DNA from: Betaproteobacteria bacterium
Lineage (GTDB): Bacteria; Pseudomonadota; Gammaproteobacteria; Burkholderiales; SG8-39
Reading direction: 5' to 3'
DNA: 49,585 nt
NCBI GenBank assembly: GCA_012274205.1
Contig: JAAOZY010000044.1
Location: 1-49,585 of the forward strand
Shown: positions 30,705 to 40,127 of the stretch, one piece after another
Position numbering within the stretch: the stretch's first letter is position 1
How the letters are laid out: every line of letters begins with the position of its first letter
The notes under the pieces: generated by a model
Database searches by the model: none
Told to the model about the DNA's origin: nothing
Seen by the model: only the letters and a program-made list of their open reading frames with translations
Program-made: the position numbers and the translations under genes

Positions 30705-32171
30705 ATGGCGCTAATGACCCCCGAACAATTCGAACAGAGCCTGAAGGCGCGCAAGCCCCGCGTATTCATGAACGGAAAGCTGGTGGAGAACATCCTTGAA
30801 AACAGAAACACGCGGACGGTGGTCGAGGCGAACAAGGCCAGTTATGAATGGGCCCTGGACCCGCGCTACAAGGACATCATGAGCTGCCATTCCCCGCTCA
30901 TCGACGACGTGGTCAACCGCTATACGCATGTCAGCGCCAGCACCGACGATCTGATGAAAAAGGCGGAGGCCGGGACCTTTACCGCCGAAACGCTCGGTAC
31001 CTGTATTTACCGCTGCGTGGGCTACGATACCTTTCATGCGCTCGCCGGCACGACCTGGGAAATGGACAAGGACCTGGGCACCGCGTATCACCCCAGGTTC
31101 CTTGAGTATCTCAAGATGGTGCAACGCGAGGATCTCTCCGTGGCCGGCGCGCTCACCGAGCCGCGCGGCAAACGCAGCCAGAAAACCCTGGACTGGCCGG
31201 ACCCGTTCCTGTCCTTGAAAGTCGTGGACAAAAACGACGACGGCATCTTCGTGCGCGGGGCCAAGATCAACATCAGCGGCGCCTATGCCAGCCATGAATT
31301 GGTGGTCCTGCCACAGTCTTCGCATGTGCAGGGCGAAGAAGACTACGCGGTTGCCTTCGCCACCCCGACGGATGCGCCGGGGATTACCTATGTCTGCCAG
31401 TATTCCGCCTATTCCGCGGAAAGAGATGGGGCCGATGATCTGGAGGAATTGGGCAATCCGCGCTTCGGCCAGAGAGAAACCTCCCTGGTCATCTTCGACA
31501 AGGTGTTCGTTCCCTGGAACCGCGTGTTCCACTGCGGCGAAGTCAAATACTCGGCGAAATTCGTGACCCGGTTCGCCAAGACGCACAGGATGACCTGCGG
31601 CGGTACCTGCAAGGTAGGCTTCATGAATCAGATCATCGGCGCATGCAGCCTGATCCAGGAGTACAAAGGCCTGGAAAAAGTTAGCCACATCAATGACCAG
31701 CTGACTGAAATGGTTGTTTTGAGAGAGACCGGCCGGGCCTGCGGCATGGCAGCCGCCATCAAGGGCAAAGAGGATCCGCCGGGTTCAGGCGTCTATTTGC
31801 CTGACGAGGTGATGGGCAATGTGGCGAAGCTGAACATCTGCAATTCGTTCTGGCGGGTCATGGCTCTGGCGGGCGACATCGGCGGCGGTCTGGTCGTGAC
31901 CATGCCCTCCCTGAAGGAACTGAAGAATCCCGAGGTCAAGGACTATGTAAACGAGTTCTACAGCTTCGGCTCGGATGAGCCCACGGAAAACATCATGAAA
32001 GTGCACAAGCTCCTGCAGAACTGGACCGCGGGCCAGCATGGTGTAGGCACCTGGCACGGCGCCGGACCGGTCATGGCCCAGAAGATCGCGCTGCAGCGCG
32101 TCGTGAAATTCGATCGCGAGAAAGACATCGTCAAGCACACCCTCAAGCTGAAGGAAAAAGTCCACAGCTGA
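30705..32171 (+). CDS. 4-hydroxybutyryl-CoA dehydratase (AbfD)/HpaB-family protein
   Basis: GTCIYRCVGYD, FDKVFVPW, HRMTCGGTCKVG, HGAG; AAGGAG RBS. Confidence 0.85.
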   Translation: MALMTPEQFEQSLKARKPRVFMNGKLVENILENRNTRTVVEANKASYEWALDPRYKDIMSCHSPLIDDVVNRYTHVSASTDDLMKKAEAGTFTAETLGTCIYRCVGYDTFHALAGTTWEMDKDLGTAYHPRFLEYLKMVQREDLSVAGALTEPRGKRSQKTLDWPDPFLSLKVVDKNDDGIFVRGAKINISGAYASHELVVLPQSSHVQGEEDYAVAFATPTDAPGITYVCQYSAYSAERDGADDLEELGNPRFGQRETSLVIFDKVFVPWNRVFHCGEVKYSAKFVTRFAKTHRMTCGGTCKVGFMNQIIGACSLIQEYKGLEKVSHINDQLTEMVVLRETGRACGMAAAIKGKEDPPGSGVYLPDEVMGNVAKLNICNSFWRVMALAGDIGGGLVVTMPSLKELKNPEVKDYVNEFYSFGSDEPTENIMKVHKLLQNWTAGQHGVGTWHGAGPVMAQKIALQRVVKFDREKDIVKHTLKLKEKVHS

Positions 32172-32175
32172 GCCT

Positions 32176-32207
32176 GGGACCCGGCTTGGAATAGCCGGGC
32201 CAGGGGT
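32176..32207. terminator. Hairpin between convergent genes
   Basis: CCCGGCT / AGCCGGG stem with extended pairing. Confidence 0.4.
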
Positions 32208-32218
32208 AGAGACCAAGT

Positions 32219-33181
32219 TTAGAGCGCGGGCAGACCAGGTCGGCGCGCGATGCGCTCCGTTTTCCAATTTGCGAGTGCCCATTTCCAGAATTCGGCGACC
32301 GTCGCCCGGCGCAATTGCTGCGGCGGCGCCTGCCCTAGGAATTCCATGACTTGCACCAGCGCCGGCAGCGGATCGCGCGCGTCCACCGGCGGCGCCAGCG
32401 TCTGTTTCGACAGCTTTTCGCCGTCGGCGTTGACCGCCGCGGGCAGGTGCAGGTAGCGCGGCGTCGGCAGGCCGAGCAGGTGCTGCAGATAGATCTGCCG
32501 CGGCGTCGAATTGAGCAGGTCGGCGCCGCGCACGACATCGCTGATGCCCTGTTCCGCATCGTCGACCACCACCGCGAGCTGGTAGGCATACAGGCCGTCG
32601 GCGCGCAGCAGCACGAAGTCGCCGACTTCCGCGGCGAGGTCCTGGCCCTGCTTTCCCTGCAGTGCGTCCTGGAAGCTGACTGGCGTGTCGTCGACGCGCA
32701 GGCGCCAGGCGCGCGGCGTTTTTCCCGGCGCGATGCCATTGCGGCAAGTGCCGGGGTAGACGCGCGCAGCGTCACCAGGACCCTCACCCCCGCCCCCTCT
32801 CCCGCTGGCGTGGGCGAAGGGAGTGTCGTGCGCGCTGCGCGCGAAGTTGAGGTGGGAATCGGCGATCTCGCGCCGCGTGCAGGCACAGGGATACACCAGG
32901 CCCTGCGCCTGCAGGCGCGCCAGCGCCGCTGCATAGGCTGCGCCGCGCCGGCTCTGGTACATGACGGCGCCGTCCCAGTGCAGGCCGCAGGCTTCGAGCG
33001 TGCGCAGGATCGCGTCGGCCGCGCCGGCTTGCTCGCGCGGCGGGTCCAGATCTTCCATGCGCAGCAGCCATTCGCCGCCGCGGCTCTTCGCCGCGAGGTA
33101 GCTGCCCGCGGCGGCGACCAGCGAACCGAAGTGCAGGGGCCCGGTGGGCGAGGGGGCGAAGCGGCCGCGGTAGGGACTCAT
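32219..33181 (-). CDS. gluQ: tRNA glutamyl-Q(34) synthetase GluQRS
   Basis: GRFAPSPTGPLHFGS, CACTR, YPGTCR, KLSKQ. Confidence 0.95.
   Translation of the reverse strand: MSPYRGRFAPSPTGPLHFGSLVAAAGSYLAAKSRGGEWLLRMEDLDPPREQAGAADAILRTLEACGLHWDGAVMYQSRRGAAYAAALARLQAQGLVYPCACTRREIADSHLNFARSAHDTPFAHASGRGGGGEGPGDAARVYPGTCRNGIAPGKTPRAWRLRVDDTPVSFQDALQGKQGQDLAAEVGDFVLLRADGLYAYQLAVVVDDAEQGISDVVRGADLLNSTPRQIYLQHLLGLPTPRYLHLPAAVNADGEKLSKQTLAPPVDARDPLPALVQVMEFLGQAPPQQLRRATVAEFWKWALANWKTERIARRPGLPAL
32781..32845. repeat. CCCTCACCCC..CCCTCTCCC..GGG..AGGG palindromic repeat inside gluQ
   Basis: CCCTCACCCCCGCCCCCTCTCCCGCTGGCGTGGGCGAAGGGAG plus TCGTGCGCGCTGCGCGCGA; encodes a Gly-rich insert. Confidence 0.7.
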
Positions 33182-33390
33182 GCTTCGATTCTAATGGTCC
33201 GGCGCAAGATTCGGGTGGCGCCGCGCTGCGCGCGGCCGATAGAATGATTGCGTCATCAGTGAGAACCCGTTGCAAAATTCACCTGCACGATTTTCTCGGG
33301 AACGCTTTGCCAGCCTCTACCGGCTTCACTATGATGCCCGCATGAGCTGGCTCCGCTGCTTACCGGCGCGGCGCCGGCGTTCGGAGCGCA

Positions 33391-34215
33391 ATGAAAGCCG
33401 AATTCAAATCCAAGCTGCTCGACTGGCTCAAGCTCGCTGCCTGCGTCGCGCTGGGTTTTCCGCTGTTGATCTATTTCCTGCAGGAGCGGCTGCTTTTTTT
33501 TCCGCAGCCGCTGGTCGAAGATCCCCTGAAAGCCAATACTGGCGCGGCGATCGATGGGGTGAGCTTGGTCACGGCGGACCAGCTGCGCCTGCGCGGCTGG
33601 CTCGCGCACGCGACGAATACGCGGGCGCCGGCGCCGATACTGATTTATTTCGGCGGCAATGCGGAAGAGGTGTCCTGGCTCGCCGCCAGCGCCGGCCGCT
33701 ACGCCGGCTGGTCGCTGCTGCTCATCAACTACCGCGGCTACGGCGGCAGCGAAGGCAAGCCGGGCGAGGCTGCCTTGTTCGCCGACGCGCTGCAGATTTA
33801 TGACTATGCGGCGGGCCGCGCCCAGGGCGGGCGCGTAGCCGTGATGGGGCGCAGCCTGGGCAGCGGCGTCGCCGTCTACCTTGCCTCGCAGCGTCCGGTG
33901 GCGGGGGTGATCCTGGTGTCGCCTTACGACAGCATCGAGAGCGTGGCCAAAGGCATCTATCCGTATTTGCCTATAAGCCTGATGCTCAAGCACCGCTTCG
34001 ATTCGATTGCGCGCGCGCCGGGTATCAAGCTGCCGCTGCTGTGCCTGGTCGCGAGCGCCGACCGCGTGATTCCGCGGCCGCATTCCGAGCGGCTCTACGC
34101 TGCATGGGGCGGGCCGAAACAATGGCGCGAGATCGCGCCGGCGGAGCATGACAGCATCGCCGAGGCGGCGGATTACTGGCGTGCGATCGCGGCGTTTATG
34201 GCTGGGCTGGCCTGA
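33391..34215 (+). CDS. Alpha/beta hydrolase with N-terminal membrane anchor
   Basis: YFGGNAE, NYRGYGGS, GRSLG nucleophile, DRVIP, EHD. Confidence 0.92.
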   Translation: MKAEFKSKLLDWLKLAACVALGFPLLIYFLQERLLFFPQPLVEDPLKANTGAAIDGVSLVTADQLRLRGWLAHATNTRAPAPILIYFGGNAEEVSWLAASAGRYAGWSLLLINYRGYGGSEGKPGEAALFADALQIYDYAAGRAQGGRVAVMGRSLGSGVAVYLASQRPVAGVILVSPYDSIESVAKGIYPYLPISLMLKHRFDSIARAPGIKLPLLCLVASADRVIPRPHSERLYAAWGGPKQWREIAPAEHDSIAEAADYWRAIAAFMAGLA

Positions 34216-34276
34216 GCGGCGTTCAGCTTTTGTCCTGCTACAATTGCGCCTGCAGCAAACCTATCCGGAGACGCGC

Positions 34277-34645
34277 ATGGCAACCGTGGAACTCACCAAG
34301 GACAATTTCGAGCAGGTCGTGACCGGCAATGACGTGGTCATCGTCGATTTCTGGGCGCCCTGGTGCGCGCCCTGCCGCGCGTTCGCGCCGACCTTCGAGC
34401 AGGCGTCCGAGCAGCACGCCGACGTGGTGTTCGCCAAGGTCAACACCGAGGAGGAACAGGAGGTCGCGGGCGCGTTCAACATCCGCTCGATCCCGACGCT
34501 GATGGTGTTTCGCGAGAAAGTCATCCTGTATTCCGAGGCCGGATCGCTGCCGGCGCCGGCGCTGGAGCAGGTGATTGCCCAGGCCAAGGGCGTCGACATG
34601 GCCGCCGTGCACCGCGAAATCGCGGAGCGCGGCAACGACAGCTGA
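34277..34645 (+). CDS. Thioredoxin
   Basis: DFWAPWCAPC, IRSIPTL; GGAG RBS. Confidence 0.95.
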   Translation: MATVELTKDNFEQVVTGNDVVIVDFWAPWCAPCRAFAPTFEQASEQHADVVFAKVNTEEEQEVAGAFNIRSIPTLMVFREKVILYSEAGSLPAPALEQVIAQAKGVDMAAVHREIAERGNDS

Positions 34646-34685
34646 TACATCGCGCTTCCACCCGATTCCGCACAGGGGGCCCCGC

Positions 34686-35672
34686 ATGGCTGCTCCGAGC
34701 ACTGAATGGCGCGAGACGGCAGCCCCTGACGAAGCCGCGCGCTTTGCCGGCTATGCCGGGCAGTTCGTGGACATGCAAAAGCGCAAATCGGCGAAGTACG
34801 GCAAGGGCCGCGCGCTGCACCGCAAGCAACTGCTTGCGCTGCGCGCTACTTTCAATGTCCTGCCCGATCTGCCCGCGTACGCGCGCCATGGCCTGTTCGC
34901 TCGCCCGGGCGCCTACGAGGCCTGGGTACGCCTGTCCAACGGCGGCACCGATCGCGCGCGCGATGCTACGCCCGATATCCGCGGCTTCGCGATCAAGGTT
35001 CGCGGCGTGCGCGGGCCGGGCGCGCTCGGCAAACCCACCGAAGCCCAGGATTTTGTGCTGATCAACCAGGAAAAATTCGCCTTCCCCAAGAGCGAGGAGT
35101 TTGTCGGCCTGGTGATGGCGGCATCCAATGGCAAGAGCGCGCTGTTCAAATATCTGCTGCGGCGCTACGGGCTGCTCGGCGCGCTGAAATTCATGGCCAG
35201 GTTCGCCGCGACCCTGGGACGGAAATTCAGCGGTTTCGCCTCCGAGCGCATGCATTCCGCGGCGCCCATAGCGTGCGGCCCGTATGCGGCGCGCGTGCGC
35301 CTGCTGCCCGCGCGCGACCAGCCCCTTGCCGATGCCTCGAACGATTGGGCGGCCGATTTCGGCAGGCAGCTTGCAAGCGGGCCGCTGGTGCACGAACTGC
35401 AGCTGCAGTTCTTCGTCGATGAGCAGCGCACGCCGATCGAGGACGCCTCGGTCGACTGGCGCGAGGACGTGTCACCCTATGTCACGGTCGCGCGCCTGAG
35501 CATTGCGCAGCAGCCGCTGGACGACGCGGCCGCGGCCGCGCTGACGAAAGAAGTCGAGCAGGCGGTGTTCGACCCCTGGGATGCGCTCGCCGAGCACCGC
35601 CCGCTCGGGGACGTGATGCGCGCGCGCAAGGCCGTGTACTTCGCCAGCCAGCAAACGCGCGGGGCGGCTTGA
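34686..35672 (+). CDS. Short catalase-like heme protein
   Basis: RALHRK, RLSNG, DIRGFAIK, TPIEDAS, HRPLG..MRARKAVY. Confidence 0.8.
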   Translation: MAAPSTEWRETAAPDEAARFAGYAGQFVDMQKRKSAKYGKGRALHRKQLLALRATFNVLPDLPAYARHGLFARPGAYEAWVRLSNGGTDRARDATPDIRGFAIKVRGVRGPGALGKPTEAQDFVLINQEKFAFPKSEEFVGLVMAASNGKSALFKYLLRRYGLLGALKFMARFAATLGRKFSGFASERMHSAAPIACGPYAARVRLLPARDQPLADASNDWAADFGRQLASGPLVHELQLQFFVDEQRTPIEDASVDWREDVSPYVTVARLSIAQQPLDDAAAAALTKEVEQAVFDPWDALAEHRPLGDVMRARKAVYFASQQTRGAA

Positions 35673-36175
35673 CGCGCAAGCCCGGCCTGTTCGGAACGCT
35701 GCTGCGCGTCGCGGCCGCGATCACCGCCTTGATCGCGCTTATCATCGTCATCGGAGCGCCCATGGGACTATTCAGCGGAACCCGGCCGGACAATCTGGGC
35801 GTGCATGAGGGACGCCTCGCGCCACCCAAGCCCACGCCCAACAACGTCAACAGCCAGACCGACAGGATCGCGGATGCGCGGCATTACATCGAGCCGCTGC
35901 GCTATTCCGGCGATGCGCAGCGGGCCTGGGCGGCATTGCGCCGCGTGGTGGACGGCATGCCGCGGGTGCGGGTGGTGAAGTCGGAGCCGGACTATCTGTA
36001 CGCCGAATTCACCAGCAAGCTGATGGGCTTTGTCGACGACACCGAGTTCTACCTCGACCGGAACAAGGGCGTGATTCAGGTGCGTTCGGCGTCGCGGCTC
36101 GGACGTGGCGATCACAATGTAAACCGCGACCGGATCGAAACCATCCGCGCGCAGCTGGCGCAAGCCACAAAGTAG
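35669..36175 (+). CDS. DUF1499 protein
   Basis: TPNNVNSQ, GFVDDTEF, VRSASRLG..D..VNRDR. Confidence 0.85.
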   Translation: MTRKPGLFGTLLRVAAAITALIALIIVIGAPMGLFSGTRPDNLGVHEGRLAPPKPTPNNVNSQTDRIADARHYIEPLRYSGDAQRAWAALRRVVDGMPRVRVVKSEPDYLYAEFTSKLMGFVDDTEFYLDRNKGVIQVRSASRLGRGDHNVNRDRIETIRAQLAQATK

Positions 36176-36400
36176 ATTTGCCCCGCTGGCCGGGCGCCGG
36201 CGCGGGAAGTCCGCTCCCCCGATAGCCGCTGCGCCGTACTCCGGCTTTGTCTGAACCCGTCGGAGCGAGGCGGCCATGTGCGTTGCCGCACATATCTTGT
36301 CGCCGCGGAACTGTAGGCTGGTAGCCCAGTCTCATTTGTATTCGACTCCATTTCGTCCGGCGCAGCTTACTGCCCTATCTGCCTGAAAAGGAGAATCACA

Positions 36401-37420
36401 ATGCAGCTCGGCATGATCGGATTGGGACGCATGGGCGCCAGCCTGGCGCGGCGCCTGGCGAAAGACGGCCACCAGTGCGTCGTCTACGATGTCAGCGCGG
36501 CTGCGGTGAAACGCACCGCCGGCCGCGGCATACGCGCTTCGGCGTCGATCGATGAACTGGTGGCGAAGCTGGCGAGGCCGCGCGCAATCTGGGTGATGGT
36601 ACCAGCCGGCGTAACCGGCGGAACAGTCGAGCAGTTGGCCGCGCACCTGGACACGGGCGACATCATCATCGACGGCGGCAACAGCTACTATCGCGACGAT
36701 ATCGCGCGGGCGCAGGCGCTCGCGACCAAGGGCATCCACTATGTCGATTGCGGCACCAGCGGCGGGGTGTTCGGCCTCGAGCGCGGCTACTGCCTGATGA
36801 TAGGCGGCGAGGGCGAAGCCGTTCGCCAGCTGGCCCCGATCTTCAGAAGCATCGCGCCCGGGATCGTGGCCGCGCCGCGTACGCCGGGCAGGAAGGGCGC
36901 TGCAGGCACCGCCGAGCACGGGTATCTGCACTGCGGCCCGGCCGGTGCCGGCCACTTCGTCAAGATGGTCCACAACGGCATCGAGTACGGCCTGATGGCG
37001 GCGTATGCCGAAGGCTTGAACATTCTGCAGCAAGCCGATGCCGGCACGCGTGCGCGCACGGCGGATGCGGAAACCGCACCGCTGCGCGATGCGGAGTTCT
37101 ACCAGTACCAATTCGACCTGGCGCAGATCGCGGAGCTATGGCGCCGCGGCAGCGTGATCAGCTCCTGGCTGCTGGACCTGACCGCGGCCGCGCTGCTCGA
37201 GAGCCCCGGCCTGAAGGACTACTCCGGCCGCGTGTCGGATTCGGGCGAAGGACGCTGGACCGTCGCCGCGGCGATCGACGAATCGGTGCCGGCGCCGGTG
37301 CTGAGCGCTGCGCTGTTCGGGCGCTTCGGTTCGCGCGGCAACGCCGATTTCGCCGACCGCGTGCTGTCGGCGATGCGCAAGCAGTTCGGCGGGCATGTGG
37401 AAAAGAAGACAGGGAACTGA
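36401..37420 (+). CDS. gnd: 6-phosphogluconate dehydrogenase (decarboxylating, short form)
   Basis: [38 protein letters not shown]. Confidence 0.96.
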   Translation: MQLGMIGLGRMGASLARRLAKDGHQCVVYDVSAAAVKRTAGRGIRASASIDELVAKLARPRAIWVMVPAGVTGGTVEQLAAHLDTGDIIIDGGNSYYRDDIARAQALATKGIHYVDCGTSGGVFGLERGYCLMIGGEGEAVRQLAPIFRSIAPGIVAAPRTPGRKGAAGTAEHGYLHCGPAGAGHFVKMVHNGIEYGLMAAYAEGLNILQQADAGTRARTADAETAPLRDAEFYQYQFDLAQIAELWRRGSVISSWLLDLTAAALLESPGLKDYSGRVSDSGEGRWTVAAAIDESVPAPVLSAALFGRFGSRGNADFADRVLSAMRKQFGGHVEKKTGN

Positions 37421-37421
37421 G

Positions 37422-38837
37422 ATGGATACGACCAAACCCGATACGCCGCGCTCCGACGCGCTGGTGCTGTTCGGCGCGACCGGCGACCTGGTACACAAGA
37501 AAATATTTCCGGCGCTGTACGCGATGGCGAAACACCGTACGCTCAATTTTCCGGTGATCGGCGTGGCCTCGTCGCAATGGAGCGTGGCGCAGCTGCGCAA
37601 ACGCGCAAGCGAAAGCATCAGGCACGCAGGCAGGATCGACGACCGGGAGGCGCTGGGGCGCCTTGTTTCCCGGCTTCAGTACGTGAGCGGCAATTACAAG
37701 GACCCGGCTACGTTCAAGGCATTGAAGAACGCCCTGGGCGAAGCCGCGCGCCCGGCGCACTACCTCGCCATCCCGCCGGCCTTGTTCGGCACGGTGATCA
37801 GCGGGCTCGGCAGCGCGGGCCTGGCCGAGCAGGCGCGCGTCATAGTCGAGAAGCCGTTCGGGCGCGACCTCGCGTCGGCGCGCAAGCTCAACCGGATCGC
37901 CCACTCGGTATTCGCGGAGGATTCGATCTTTCGCATCGATCACTTCCTCGGCAAGGAGGCGATCATGAACATCCTGTATTTCCGCTTTGCCAATTCCTTC
38001 CTCGAGCCGATCTGGAACCGCAACTACGTCGCCAGCGTGCAGATCACGCTGGCCGAGGATTTCGGCATCGAAGGCCGCGGCGCGTTCTATGAAAGCGCCG
38101 GTTGCATGCGCGACGTGGTACAGAACCATCTGCTGCAGATCGTCGCGCTGCTGGCGATGGAGCCGCCGGCCTACCGGGGCTTCGCGGCGGTGCATGGCGA
38201 GACCGCAGAGGTGCTCCAGGCGATGCGCGCGCTGCAGCCCGGGGACCTGGTGCGCGGCCAGTACGCCGGCTATCGCAAGGAGGCCGGGGTGGCCAGGGAT
38301 TCCGACGTCGAGACCTACTGCGCGCTGCGCCTGTACATCGATTCCTGGCGCTGGGCGGGCGTGCCCTGGTATCTGCGTTCGGGCAAGTGCCTGGCGCGCT
38401 CGGTGGGCGAGGTGATCGTGCAGCTCAAGCCGCCGCCGCAGCGCCTGTTCGAGGATTCGGCGCCGCTCACGCAAAGGGCCAACTATCTGCGCTTCCGGCT
38501 GTCCCCCAACCATGCCGTTGCGCTTGCCGCGCGCGTCAAGCGCGCGGGCAAGGATTTTCTCGGCGACCAGCGTGAATTGTATCTGACCGACCAACAGCCG
38601 GAAGCAGCGACGCCCTACGAGCGGCTGCTGGGAGACGCCATGGCCGGCAACGGCGCGCTGTTCGCCACCGAGGTCGCGGTGGAGGCCGCCTGGCGGGCGG
38701 TCGACCCGGTGCTGGTGAGGCATCGCCGATCCGTGCCGTACCGCCGCGGCAGCTGGGGGCCGAAGGAAGCGGATGCGCTGATCGCCGCGGACGGTTTCTG
38801 GTGCAACCCGGAGAAGGACGATGCCGCTGCCGATTGA
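37422..38837 (+). CDS. zwf: Glucose-6-phosphate dehydrogenase
   Basis: [26 protein letters not shown]. Confidence 0.96.
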   Translation: MDTTKPDTPRSDALVLFGATGDLVHKKIFPALYAMAKHRTLNFPVIGVASSQWSVAQLRKRASESIRHAGRIDDREALGRLVSRLQYVSGNYKDPATFKALKNALGEAARPAHYLAIPPALFGTVISGLGSAGLAEQARVIVEKPFGRDLASARKLNRIAHSVFAEDSIFRIDHFLGKEAIMNILYFRFANSFLEPIWNRNYVASVQITLAEDFGIEGRGAFYESAGCMRDVVQNHLLQIVALLAMEPPAYRGFAAVHGETAEVLQAMRALQPGDLVRGQYAGYRKEAGVARDSDVETYCALRLYIDSWRWAGVPWYLRSGKCLARSVGEVIVQLKPPPQRLFEDSAPLTQRANYLRFRLSPNHAVALAARVKRAGKDFLGDQRELYLTDQQPEAATPYERLLGDAMAGNGALFATEVAVEAAWRAVDPVLVRHRRSVPYRRGSWGPKEADALIAADGFWCNPEKDDAAAD

Positions 38838-38876
38838 ACACCATGCGCCGCCTGGCGCTGGACCAAAGGAGACAAG

Positions 38877-39968
38877 ATGAACGCTACACGAAAGTTGCAC
38901 GAACTGGGACAGAGCCTCTGGCTCGACAATATCACGCGCGGATTGCTAGCCAGCGGCACGCTCGAGCGCTACATTCGCGAGCTGGCGGTGAGCGGCCTGA
39001 CTTCCAACCCGACGATTTTCGACCACGCGATCGCGGCAGGCGATGCCTACAACGAGGCAATCTGCAAGCTGGCGCGCGAAGGCAGCTCGGGCGAAGAGCT
39101 GTTTTTCGAACTCGCGCTGCAGGACTTGCGCCGGGCCGCGGACCTGTTCCGGCCGGTGCACGTCGCCACCGGCGGCGTGGATGGCTGGGTGTCGCTGGAG
39201 GTTTCGCCCCTGCTCGCAGACGACGCTAGGGGCAGCATCAGCGCCGCGGCGCGGCTGCACGCGCGCGCGCAGCGCCCGAATCTGTTTATCAAGATTCCGG
39301 GGACCGCGGCCGGCGTGGCGGCGATCGAAGAGACGATCTTCGCCGGGGTGCCGGTCAATGTCACGCTGCTGTTCTCGCGCGAGCACTACGTCGCCGCGGC
39401 CGAAGCGTACATGCGTGCGCTGGAGCGCCGCCTTGCCGCCGGCCTGGATATGAAGGTGGCTTCGGTGGCCTCGATCTTCATCAGCCGCTGGGACGTGGCG
39501 GTCGCGGACAAGGTGTCGGCGCAGTATCGCAACCGCCTCGGCATCGCCGTCGCGATGCAGACTTACAAGGCCTACCGCGATCTGCTCGCATCAGCGCGCT
39601 GGCGCAAACTGGCCGCTGCAGGCGCGCGGCCGCAGCGCCTGCTCTGGGCCAGTACCGGGACCAAGGATCCGGCGGCCGCGGACACGCTCTATGTCGAAGC
39701 GCTCGCAGCGCCCGATACCGTCAACACCATCCCCGAGAAAACGCTGCTCGCGTTTGCCGAGCATGGCAAGGTCGATAGCGTGCTTCCGGCCGACGAAGGC
39801 TACGCCGAGGCGGTGCTGGCCGAATTCGAACGCGAGGGCATCGATGTTCAGGCACTTGCCGCCACGCTCCAGCTCGAAGGTGCCGCGGCCTTCACCAAGT
39901 CCTGGAACGAACTGATGTACCGCATAGCGCAAAAGTCGGAGGCGCTGACGAAGGCCGTGCGGACATGA
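38877..39968 (+). CDS. tal: Transaldolase
   Basis: SLWLD, GLTSNPTIF, FIKIP, NVTLLFS, LLWASTGTK. Confidence 0.96.
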   Translation: MNATRKLHELGQSLWLDNITRGLLASGTLERYIRELAVSGLTSNPTIFDHAIAAGDAYNEAICKLAREGSSGEELFFELALQDLRRAADLFRPVHVATGGVDGWVSLEVSPLLADDARGSISAAARLHARAQRPNLFIKIPGTAAGVAAIEETIFAGVPVNVTLLFSREHYVAAAEAYMRALERRLAAGLDMKVASVASIFISRWDVAVADKVSAQYRNRLGIAVAMQTYKAYRDLLASARWRKLAAAGARPQRLLWASTGTKDPAAADTLYVEALAAPDTVNTIPEKTLLAFAEHGKVDSVLPADEGYAEAVLAEFEREGIDVQALAATLQLEGAAAFTKSWNELMYRIAQKSEALTKAVRT

Positions 39969-39998
39969 GCCGGGTGGCGCGCGGCTTGGCCGGTCTTA

Positions 39999-40127
39999 GA
40001 GTTTGTAACAAAACGAGGGGAGACGCCCCGAAGCTCTCGACCCGCTTGACGGGAAAGTCCCCCTGGGGGACCTCCCCTCGTGCTCCCCTGATTCGGGCCG
40101 TAACAAAAGGACTTTTGTTACGGGTTC
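39999..40127. mobile_element. MITE-like element, 129 bp
   Basis: Imperfect TIRs GAGTTTGTAACAAAA / TTTTGTTACGGGTTC; internal hairpins; flanked by TTA and CTA. Confidence 0.6.

Noticed and set aside
30705..32171. Aromatic monooxygenase HpaB call linked to the HpaI-like aldolase at 11376
   Set aside because: The Fe-S ligand motifs point to the AbfD branch; no HpaC reductase or ring-cleavage genes nearby; the aldolase is ~19 kb away.
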